DNA of 64,000 nt from Hemiscyllium ocellatum (taxonomy: Eukaryota). This document shows, piece after piece, positions 25,497 through 35,919 of the stretch. The notes below the pieces were generated by a model. That model did not search any database, was not told the origin of the DNA, and was given only the letters and a program-made list of their open reading frames with translations. The position numbers were made by a program, and so were the translations under genes. Location: NCBI RefSeq assembly GCF_020745735.1, contig NC_083420.1, positions 29,326,001 to 29,390,000 on the forward strand, read 5' to 3'. Positions within the stretch are counted from its first letter, which is position 1. Every line of letters starts with the position of its first letter.

Positions 25497-26520
25497 GATA
25501 GAGCCACAGAGTAATAGAAATGTACAGCATAGAAACAGACTGTTCGGTCCAACTCATCCATGCTGTCCAGATATTTTAACCTAAACTAGTCCCATTTTCC
25601 AGCACCCGGCCCATATCCCTCTAAACCCTTCTTATTCATATACCCATCCAGATGCCTTTTAAATGTTGTCATTGTACCAGCCTCCACCACTTCCTACGGC
25701 AGCTCATTCCATACATGCACCACCCTCTGCGTGAAAAAGTTGCCCCTTTGGTATCTTTTAAATTTTTCCCCTCTCCCTCTAAACCTATGATCTTCAGTTC
25801 TAGACTCCCCCACCCCAGGGAAATGCCCTTGTCTATTTACCCTACCATGCCCCTCATTATATTACAAACCTCTATAAGGTCACCCCTCACCCTCCGACTC
25901 TAGGGAAAACAGCCCCAGACTATACAGCCTCTCCCTATAGATCAAAACCTCCAACCCTGGCAATACCCTTGTAAATCTTTTCTGAACCCTTTCAAGTTTC
26001 ACAACATCCCTCTGGTAGGATGGAGAACAGAATTAAACACAATATTCCAAAAGTGGGCTAACCATTGTCCTGTATTGGCTGCAACATGACAATCCAACTC
26101 CTGTACTCAATACTCTGGCCAATGAAGGAAGCATACCAAATGCCTTCTTCACTATCCTACCTACCTGTGACTTTTTTAAAGTACTATGAACGCAAGGTGT
26201 CTTTGTTCAGCAATGCTCCCCAGGACCTTACCATTAAGTGTATAAGTTTTGCTTTGATTTGCCTTTCCAAAGTGCAGCATCTCACATTAACCTAAATTAA
26301 ACTCCATCTGCCACTGCTCAGCCCTTTGGGCCATCTCACCAAGATACCATTGTACTCTGAGGTGACCTTCTTCGCTGTCCACTACACCTCCAATTTTGGT
26401 GTCATCTGCAAACATACTAACTATACCTCTTATGTTCACATCCAAATCATTTGTATAAATGATGAAAAGCAGTGAACCCAGCACCGATCCTTGTGGCACA
26501 CCACTGATCACAGACTTCCA
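25497..26520 (-). mobile_element. CR1 LINE 3' ~1 kb
   Basis: SGVPQGSVLGSLLF..FADDTKIGG (26287-26511); high similarity to 13791-14840. Confidence 0.93.
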
Positions 26521-27592
26521 CCACCACTCTCTGTCTTCTCCCTTTTATTTTGAAAAAGTGCTGAGAAAATTAAAGACAGTGCTTCAGTTGTTTTCAAGTG
26601 TATTTCATCAGGATTTTGAAAATGATTTCCAATTTGTGTTTGAAAAAGTCTTGCATTTAATGTTTTAATGACAAAGTAAATCTGAAGAGATCCCAGCAAT
26701 TTAACAGATAAAAGCAGATATGTGTAGAGTATTTTTGATGTTCTCAGAGTGGATGGTGGTGGTGATGATCATCATGACAGTAACTCCACTCCCTCACTGA
26801 ACCTGCTCCTTGGACAGCCCATCCCCCTGTCACATACCCTGCTCCTTGTAGAGCCTGTTCCCCTCACTCTTAAAAATCACACAACACGAGGTTATAGTCC
26901 AACTGGTTTATTTGGAAGCACCAGCGCTGCTCCTTCATCAGGTAGTTGTGAAGTATAAGATTGCAAGACATAGAATTTATGGCAAAAGTTAATAGTGTAA
27001 TATAACTGAAATTATATTTTGAAAAAGACTTGAATTATTTGTTAAGTCTCTCATCTTTTAGAATGGGCATATTGGTTTCAGTTCTTTCATTGGTAATTAC
27101 AAGAACTTTATTGAAGTTACATTCTCAAGTGAACTTTAACAATAGGGCATCTCCAAATCATGTTGGCTTAGATAATACATTGAAGGTGTGAGATGCCCTG
27201 TGTGAGTCTGTCTGTGCCCTAATGTTCATACTGATTCTAACTAAAAAAGGGATTTACAGAATCTTACATGGATTTATGCAGTTTTTGAGCAAAACAAAAT
27301 GTAATTCTGCGAGCACAAATTCACCCCAAAAATTTATATGTGTGTGCGCAAATGGATGTTAATGTGTGCGGGGGCGGGGTTAGGGCAGTGGGGGTATGAG
27401 AGTGTGTGAGAGGGTGCTCTATGTGAGTGTATTGGTCTGTAAAAGTGTGTGTGTGTGCATACGTGTGTAGTGCAGTGGGGTCACTTCTAATGTGGCATGA
27501 ACTCAAGGTCCTGGTTGAGGCCGTCCCCATGGTTACTGAACTTAGCTATCAGCCTCTGCTTGGCCACTTTGTGTTATTGCTTGTCCTGAAGT

Positions 27593-27785
27593 AAAAAATG
27601 AGGTCTGCAGATGCTGGAGATCACAGCTGCAAATGTGTTGCTGGTCAAAGCACAGCAGGCCAGGCAGCATCTCAGGAATAGAGAATTCGACGTTTCGAGC
27701 ATAAGTATGCTCGAAACGTCGAATTCTCTATTCCTGAGATGCTGCCTGGCCTGCTGTGCTTTGACCAGCAACACATTTGCAGCAG
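27593..27785. mobile_element. Young palindromic Penelope-derived mini-element (nested)
   Basis: Perfect 78-bp arms (27626-27703 / 27706-27783) with a 2-nt loop. 16-bp direct repeat TTGCTTGTCCTGAAGT at 27577-27592 and 27786-27801. Arms identical to the 6867 copy over their shared length. Confidence 0.92.
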
Positions 27786-28121
27786 TTGCTTGTCCTGAAG
27801 TCTGCCTTGGAGGATGGTCACCTGAAGATCTGAGATCGAATATCCCAGATCGCTGAAGTGTTCTCAGACTGGAAGGGAACATTCCTGTCTGTTGATTGTT
27901 GTGCTGTGTCTATTCATCAGTTCTGGGATTTACATATGAAAGAATGGAAACCAACATGCCCAATCTAAAAGATGACACTTAACAAACAATCAAGGCCTTT
28001 TTCAATATATAATTTCATGCTGCCTAACCTGCTGTGCTTTGACCAGCAACACATTTGCAGTTACATCACACTGTAAACTTTTGCTATAAATTCTGTGTCC
28101 TACGATCTTATACTTCACAAC

Positions 28122-28156
28122 CACCTGATGAAGGAGCTGCGCTCTGAAAGCTAGTG
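28122..28156 (+). ncRNA. Minimal type I hammerhead ribozyme motif (second Penelope family)
   Basis: Stem I CAC/GUG, CUGAUGA (28125-28131), extra A, stem II GGAGC-ugc-GCUCU, GAAA (28146-28149), palindromic AGCU helix III, and CUA cleavage triplet ending at 28153. Confidence 0.7.
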
Positions 28157-28259
28157 CTTCCAAATAAACCACTTGGAGTATACAGTAACCTGGCGTTGTG
28201 TAGTTTTTAATTTTATACACCCCAGTCCAACACCTGCACCTCCAAATTATGCCCCTCAG

Positions 28260-28665
28260 ACTGCTCTTTGTAGTCCCCCTCCCCTCACACAGCTCCTTGT
28301 AGTCCCCCTCTCCCTCACACTGCTCCTTGTAGTCCCCCTCTCCCTCACACTGCTCCTTGTAGTCCCCCTCTCCCTCACACTGCTCCTTGTACAGCCCCTC
28401 CTCACACTGCTCCTTGTACAGCCCCTCCTCACACTGCTCCTTGTAGTCCCCCTCTCCCTCACACTGCTCCTTGTACAGCCCCTCCTCACACTGCTCCTTG
28501 TACAGCCCCTCCTCACACTGCTCCTTGTAGTCCCCCTCTCCCTCACACTGCTCCTTGTACAGCCCCTCCTCACACTGCTCCTTTTAGTCCCCCACCCCTC
28601 AGCCTGCTCCTTGTAGAGCCCCGCCCCCTCACACTGCTCCTTGTACAGCCCCTCCCCCTCATTGC
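28260..28665. repeat. Minisatellite with 30-bp and 27-bp unit variants
   Basis: CTGCTCCTTGTAGTCCCCCTCTCCCTCACA and CTGCTCCTTGTACAGCCCCTCCTCACA units, about 13-14 copies. Confidence 0.95.
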
Positions 28666-28689
28666 TCTTTGACCCTCCGCTTCCTTCTT

Positions 28690-28826
28690 CACAGGAGGCC
28701 CCGCCCCCCAGTCAGCTCCTTCCGGGGGGGCGGGGCGGCTGTAGGGCCATGTGATCCTGCGGCCTCGGCGTTGTCAGTACACGTCACGCCGTGCTTCTGC
28801 CGCCGTCAGGCCGAGGAGATGAGGCG
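28690..28826 (+). promoter_or_regulatory. CpG-rich promoter and non-coding first exon of INTS15
   Basis: GC boxes (CCCCGCCCC ~28699; GGGGCGGGGCGG ~28727), ACGTCACG CRE-like site ~28780, local CpG enrichment, and a candidate donor GCG|GTGAGA at 28826/28827. Confidence 0.7.
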
Positions 28827-31800
28827 GTGAGAGCGGGGTCGAGGGGAGAGGGGACTGGGAGAGCGGATGCCCGGGATAGAGGAGAGAATGGGGCTGGGTG
28901 GGTGAAGAGGGTGATACCGCGGTGGTGTTAGTAGAAACGGCGGGCCTGGGAGTAAGGTTAATGTGGCTGTGCTCAGGCTGTGGGCCTGGGCCTAGACCAT
29001 TTGTCTTGGAGCATCACGATGCTGGGCCGAGCCTCTGAACTACCTGAGGATGTAACACTATCCTGGGGTGGGGTATTAGAGATTGGTAATGATTTTGAAA
29101 TACTCTTGTTCTCACTTTATCAAACGACTGATGCTGACAACTACCTGATCTCTCAGGTTACCCCCCGCGATGTTTCTTATTGACCCCTTTCTAAAGGCAT
29201 AACATTTCCATAAGTGGCTTTAACCTCTCCATCTATCCAGCCGGTTTGTCTCGGGCTGAGTTTAAGGTTAAACCAGTTTCTGCCCCCTCAGAAAAATTAA
29301 TTTGTAGATCAGACTGGAAGCTGAAAGACTGGTTATTACACTTTCATCATTTGATTTACGAGATTCAGTTTGATGTGGCTGAAAATTATTCCACTGAATT
29401 GATGTTGAAAAACAGAAATGAAAACAAAAATTGTTGGAAAAGCTCCACAGGTCTGGCAGGATTTGTGGAGAGAAATCAGTATTTTGGGTTTGGTGACCCT
29501 TCCTTTGTGGAAGTAGTTGGGTTAAGAATGTGTAACTGAAGGATTCTTTGTCAAGTTTGAGATTGAAATAATTGCTGACTTTGTAAAGTGAATGATACAA
29601 CTCCTGAAGTGGGCAAGACATCCCTTGCTTACTTCCCCTTGTTGACATGAGGCATTTCAAACACAAGTTCTGCAAGTTTTTGTATGACTTGAATGTAGGC
29701 AATAGGAGCAGGACTGTGGTTATTTGAATCCTTGAGTCATCTCCACCAGTCTAATAGATCAAGACTGATCACCTATTTAAATACTGTTTTAGTGTGCTAT
29801 TGCCACAACCTTTGATATCTTTTGTATAGCAAAATCCTGCCCTTTGTGAAGGTAATGTTGGAAGAGAATCTCAAAATTAATAAATGGTAAATAAAGCAGA
29901 CTGCATGCACAGTGAGCAGTTTCTGTGGCTCAAAGGTTTTTCTTTAAAACCACAGAAAGTTGGACTGGAAGGTGATAATTTGTACAGAATGCTTGCCACA
30001 GAAACAAGTTTGCACATGGCATGCCAACAAAAGGCAAGACTATATTATCTCAAAGTCTGCCCATATCTGTCTTGAATATATTCAGGTGAGTGATCCTCTG
30101 CAGTTCTCTGGGGGAAGAGCATGCCAAAGATTCACCCCTGTCTAAGTGAACAAATTCCTCCATTTTTCAGTCTTAAATGGCCTGCCTCGTATTTTTAGAT
30201 ATTGTTCCCTGGTTCTAAACCCATCCATCCTCACCCCCATCTTGGGTAACATCCCTCTTGCATCTACGGTCAGATATTGTCTACTTCAATAATGGTGTAT
30301 TATTAATCAACATACTCAATTTATTAAAACAGTTCCTGAATAGAGTAGATGTATCTCCAAAAATGGATAGAACCCATTTCTGAAAATCATCAGTGTCATT
30401 AGAAAGTGAGATTTTGGACAGGTCTATGCAAAGAAAAGTAACTCATTGTCTTTGCTGTTTGTTTATTTTGTTCCCTAAATGTAAGAAATCACTTTTTGTG
30501 ATTAAACAGGCGTATTTTGTCCCTGACCACCCTTCAAAATTAGTTGTGTTCTCACCTTGTCTTTTTTCACCAAGCTTGATTGACAGTTAGCAATGTAAAT
30601 CAACATATAAAATTAAAACCTTATAGGATATCTTTATGATGAAGTAAAATATAGTACTGTCAGTTTTTCTTCTCCTTTTTAGTTCTTCTCTGATTACGTA
30701 GGTCCAATATCTTAAACAACTGTCAATGGGCTATCATCTTTGGCTAATATTAAGTGTGTGTGTATATCCCTGAAAGAGACTCTTTATAGAATAATTTTGC
30801 TCTCCCTGTGCAAAACATTGGCAGCTACTCTGTTTTCTACACTGAATGTATTAACTAGTGATTCAGTATAGTGACAAATCAGTAGATCAAAATTATCCTT
30901 CTAACCCATGATATTAGTGCTGCTGTATTGATTTTCAAATGAACTGTGTTAACTGCATTAGTACCTTTTCCAAAAAAAAGCTCATTTTATGGTATATTTT
31001 TGGTGATGAATGATCAGTTTCTAATTCAGCTTGTAATGATTAAAGTAATATGGCCTTATCCAATATATATTTGCCTTTTGCCCCTTATGTTTGTTGATTG
31101 GACTGCAGGCAATCTAAAGATACCACTTTTGCTGTTTCAAATGTTAACTACAATTGCAGAAACACACCATCTCAACATATTAGCTTTAATTTTTGAAAAG
31201 TTTCATTTTACCTTAGTAATTAATTTGAAGCATTGAGTTTGAGAGCCGCACTTAGTTACTTGTGTACTAATGTGTACGTTAAACATCATGCAGTCTAATT
31301 AGGAGGGATTCCTGTATAATTTGCAATTATGTTAAATGGTTATGTAATACACTTAGTACACTAGCAAAGTTTAGATGTTTTCTTATGTGTTCAGCAAAAG
31401 TACAGCATGGGGAAAATGGGAACATTTATAAGAAAAATCTTTTTTAAATGCTTCATCAAAACATTTCAAGCAACTATTATTTACTTGCATTGAAAATTTC
31501 TGATGTCTATTATTTGTTGTACTGTACTGTATTGTATGGAATTGATTTAAAAGACTAGCATTAGCTCGACAGAAGGAAAGCCTGAGAGGTCATCAGATTC
31601 AGTTCTCACTGAGAAGTGTATATAAATAGCTGAAATCTCTTTCATATTAGCAGAGTATGTTACCGTTCAATACTGCTGAACAGCTGTTACATGGAAACCT
31701 ATTTTATGACAATTTGATCTGACGGCGGTTGAAAATAAAATGGAAATTTACAAAAATGATTTGAACTAAGTTTAAATTCCAAATGTAATAGACATGAAGA

Positions 31801-31965
31801 TGTTATGTTTAAACTATGAGAAAAACTATTACAAAAGTAGTCAGAAATTGCTGTTTTTAATCTTTTTTGATGTGGTATGAAACCTAAACTAGAGAATAAA
31901 AAGGTAGTGCACAATTATTTAGAACCTGTATAATTGCAAATGTATTTTCTGGCTTGCAGGACAGA

Positions 31966-32157
31966 ATGACTGATATTCGCCATTCTCTTTTGAGGCGGGA
32001 TGCTTTAAGTGCAGCAAAAGAACTCCTTTACCATTTGGACATCATCTTTAGCAGCCAACTGCAGAATGTACCTGGTCCACTTGTTGACAAGTCCACCATT
32101 GAGCTTGTGGAGGAATTTATATTCCAGCTTTCAAAAGAACGTAATATTCAACCAAAA
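31966..32157 (+). CDS. INTS15: Integrator complex subunit 15 (C7orf26), coding exon 1
   Basis: MTDIRHSLLRRDALSAAKELLYHLD... matches the C7orf26 N-terminus; acceptor TTGCAG ends at 31959; donor GTAAGT at 32158. Confidence 0.95.
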
Positions 32158-32739
32158 GTAAGTTAAGGATACGGATTGAGATTTTCCGTTGAGAGAAATA
32201 TGGTATTCAGATTCCTTGTTGGATAATTTAAGCTTGGCAATAAAACACATGCATGTTACTTCATAGCCTGTTTATCTGTAGTTCTAATGGCATGAAATTT
32301 TTAACTCAACCTTATGATCATATCAGTTATTTGATTATACTTGTGTGGGAAAATGCACCTGTGTTAATAGAGAATTTTTTGCCAATCATTATTGAAAACG
32401 GTTTGTATAAACATGGAAAATAGTCCCTTCAAAGAATATTATCTTAAAGTATGTATTTATGGCAAGCTTTTTTTTTCGAAAAGTTTTCTGCTATGGAAGT
32501 TTCCAATTAAAATGGGAAATATAGTATCAGGTAAATGGTTTGATCAGAACTGTCTTCATATTTGTTATGAAATGGGTGTGGGTCAAACCATTCAGCTATG
32601 TTTTTTTTCCACATGTGCTGATCAACTTGTTATATTTCCAGCAGTGCATATTCTTTTCCATTTATTTGCTGTGTTACTTTCTGAAAAAAGCTTTATTTGT
32701 TCTCTATTAATTACTTACTTTTTCTTTTTCTCATGAAAG

Positions 32740-32961
32740 AGGTTGAGCTCATTACAGGAGTTGCAGCTGCTGGAGATCATGTGTAGCTATTTCCAAGAAC
32801 AAAATAAAGATGCAGTTCGACAGATCATTTTCTCTGCGCTGTTTGCTCCTCAGGGTAATAAAGCAGATGAAAACAGATTGGCTATGTTGGGAAAACTTGT
32901 ATCCATGGCAATAGCAATCTGTCGAGTTCCCATTTTGGAATGTACTGCATTATGGTTGCAG
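32740..32961 (+). CDS. INTS15: INTS15 coding exon 2
   Basis: RLSSLQELQLLEIMCSYFQEQNKDAVRQIIFSALF...ECTALWLQ; AG/GT boundaries; phase 0/0. Confidence 0.95.
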
Positions 32962-33448
32962 GTATGATCTATAATTGGGATTTCTATTTAAAAGCAGTTC
33001 AGTATGTTTCAAAGTAATATGTTATTCCATCACAATGAATGGCAGAAGTGCAATTTTTTGTCATGTTTGTACTGTTTAGTTTTTATTATTTGGGGTAAAT
33101 GGTGGAGGAATAAACTGCTAGTCTCACATTGGGGTTTGTTGATTGTATAAATAAGGAAAGTTCTGGTTTTGAGCATATAAAATTAGTGACTTGTATCTTC
33201 ATTTCTGCTTCGCTCATAAATAAATGGCCAAAAATACCTCTGGATTTGTTGGCCACTGTTTTTCATTATTTTCCAACTTTATTTATTTCAAACTTTAATT
33301 TTGATATAAATATAATTGAAATGAAATATTACATATCATTATAATTTATTTGTTTAATCTTGTGTCTGAAATGTTTGAAATTAAATCAAGTCCATGGTAT
33401 TATTTTATAGATTTGCTCTAACATTTATAACTGTAACTGGTTTTGTAG

Positions 33449-33614
33449 AGAACACATGCAGTATTCTGTGTAAGACTTGCTAAGGTCCTGACTGAGGATT
33501 ACTGCATTTTGGTACCAGGATCAGTTCAGACCTTAAAACGAATTGTTCATGCCAGCCCTCGATTCTGCTGTCAGTTGATCACTGCAGTTACTGCATTGTA
33601 TGACCTTTCAACAG
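33449..33614 (+). CDS. INTS15: INTS15 coding exon 3
   Basis: RTHAVFCVRLAKVLTEDYCILVPGSVQTLK..SPRFCCQLITAVTALYDLST; TTTTGTAG acceptor and GTACGA donor; phase 0/1. Confidence 0.93.
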
Positions 33615-33947
33615 GTACGATTTTTAAAAAAAAATTGGTATATATTTTTACGTAGCTGAATATAGCTTTATTTTCGAAAAGTTGAAATGTGACTTTTTCC
33701 CATATGATTTACATCCTTGTTCTTTTGCTATCCTATAATAGTTATACTGCTTTCTCCAGTAATTTTCTCATTAGGCAGCATTTGACTTATCTTCTCATTT
33801 GTTGTCTGTATTTTATGTTTGTTTTGTTTGAGTTTGTCTATTGTGTTCATTGTACCCCATGGCAGTTAGTTCTTACTCTGATTCCTGCTGTATTTCGAAA
33901 GAAGAACAATGGTGTTTCTTAAAATATATTTTCACATTTTATTACAG

Positions 33948-34469
33948 ATGACTTAATACCTCCTTATGATCTCCTGGAGATGGTTGTATCTTGGGTGTAT
34001 GATGATCCACGTCTGACACTGATTACATTTTTGAACAGTCCAGCTAGTCTACCACGTGGTTTTTTGGAACTCACGCCACTTCCAGGCCTGATTCGTTGGT
34101 GTGTACTCGCACCTTTGGCCTACAGAAGGAACCACAAAATTTCTTCAGCTCAGTCCTTGACAAATGGCAACAGTAATAAAATGTGCAAGGAGTTTGAAAA
34201 TGATGACTTCAAAATTCTTTATTCAAAGTTGCATCTGAGTGTTCTTCAGGTCCTTATGATACTTCAGGGCCATTTGACAGAAAAGAACTTGTATGGACGT
34301 TTGGAGCTTATCATGTTTGATCATGTAGATCGGCTTGTTGAAGACATTAACAAACTTGTTAAAGAACTCAATCTTTCAAATCCTGTGAAGGAGGTTGAAC
34401 TTGCATTAGATAGATTAGCTCAAGCCCTACAAGTCGGTATTGCATCAGGAGCACTATTGTGTACTCGAG
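33948..34469 (+). CDS. INTS15: INTS15 coding exon 4
   Basis: DDLIPPYDLLEMVVSW..LTPLPGLIRWCVLAPL..LYSKLHLSVLQVL..LDRLAQALQV..GALLCTR; TTACAG acceptor and GTAAGC donor; phase 1/1. Confidence 0.95.
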
Positions 34470-35035
34470 GTAAGCAAGTTATCTGCAGAAGATTCGTAGC
34501 TAAGCATCCTAAAACGTAGAATCTTTGTTTCAGATAATTAACTAAAATATTTGTAACAAGTTGAGTTCCATTCATTCACTCTTTTACTTGACTCTTGACT
34601 GAATTAAAGTGAGAAACAGTGTTTACAATGCTTTACCACAGTTTGATGTGATATAAAGGATATAATGTCAAATTGTCAGAATTTTCCTTAATGATGAATT
34701 GAGTTTTTGAGTAGGAATAAGCTATTTTTCTTCCCCAGAGAACTGAAAGAGCAATTATTCATTTTCAATGGTTAGCTTCAGTTACATTGGTACCAAATAC
34801 AGAAACTATTTCCATTTGCTACCAAGAATTGATACGGTAGAGTAAATAAAAACTAGTGAAGAAACTGGTTCAAGTGTAAATATTACTTGTATAGTAAATT
34901 TTCCACTAATTGCTGTATTAAACAGGACTTGGATTTGAGTCATCACTACAAATTATTCATTCCCTCTTAGGTTGTTAGATTTCATATTTCTCCAGATTTA
35001 GCATTCTGGCAGACATGCGGTTCTTTTTAACTATT

Positions 35036-35125
35036 GAAAATGTGTTGCTGGTTAAAGCACAGCAGGTTAGGCAGCATCTAAGGAACAGGAAATTCGACGT
35101 TTCGGACCAGAGCCCTTCATCATCA
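35036..35125 (-). mobile_element. 90-bp Penelope-derived hammerhead mini-element in an INTS15 intron
   Basis: Reverse complement reads TGATGATGAAGGGCTCTGGTCCGAAACGTCGAATTTCC...CAGCAACACATTTTC. 17-bp TSD GGTTCTTTTTAACTATT at 35019-35035 and 35126-35142. Confidence 0.9.
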
Positions 35126-35879
35126 GGTTCTTTTTAACTATTTAGTTTGATTCTGACTTAAGTTTCATATGTTCCAATTTAAAGATATTTTGTTCTGTCT
35201 TTGGGCTCTAGCTTATTATGTACTAATCTATTAAGGAGATAAATTTTTTTATTGACTGGAATAAAATTTGAAGGCTGATAACGCTCAACATTGTTTAACA
35301 ATAGAAATAGTGGATTTCTATTTGCAGTTAAAGTCTGATTATGAATGGGATAATGTTCTGACATACATACTTTAGTGTCAGGATATTTAATTTCATAGAC
35401 AGAGGAGGAGAGTAAGATTGTTTTTTGCACAATGTAATTTATAATGTATCCAAATTTTATTTTTAAGTCTTTGTCATATGATACTATTTCAGATTACAAC
35501 TGGAACTTAAAGTTCTACTGGCAATAGTTGTAAAATAGGAAAATTCTTAATATAAATGCTGAGCTTTTCAATATAGTAGAATCTAGCATGTTAATAGATG
35601 AACTGGAGTATACTTTAGTGAAGTAATATTTTTGAACATATTTTCAATCTAAATCCAAAAACCAGTTTATTATTTTCAGTGAGTTATATTCATAAAATAC
35701 ATAGTTAAACCTTGCGCTTGTAAAACTTAATTTATTTTCAAATGGAAAACAGAGAAAACACAAACTCTGTTTATAAAGTTGTCATTGCAAAATATGTCAA
35801 TTTCAAATGTCATTGTTTTTAGGCTAACTGAATTTGGGTTGTTATATATTAATTTGCATTTGCCTCCTTAATTTTACAG

Positions 35880-35919
35880 ATGACTTACGATCAATCTGCT
35901 CTGTGCTTCCACATAACAA
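35880..35919 (+). CDS. INTS15: INTS15 coding exon 5 (40-nt small exon)
   Basis: DDLRSICSVLPHN(N); TTTTACAG acceptor and GTACGT donor; phase 1/2 restores the frame. Confidence 0.9.

Larger units (their letters stand above)
26873..28248 (-). mobile_element. Penelope-like retroelement: 3' part (GIY-YIG C-terminus plus 3' UTR) with inverted terminal copy
   Basis: Minus strand 27486-27890 reads RQECSLPV.EHFS..SDLQVTILQG..QRLIAKFSNHGDGLNQDLEFMPH. Segment 26873-27110 is the reverse complement of ~27920-28210. Hammerhead cores at both ends. Confidence 0.85.

Noticed and set aside
28173-28616. Leu/Val-rich 147-aa ORF (and Arg-rich antisense ORF)
   Set aside because: Translation of a minisatellite whose units are multiples of 3.
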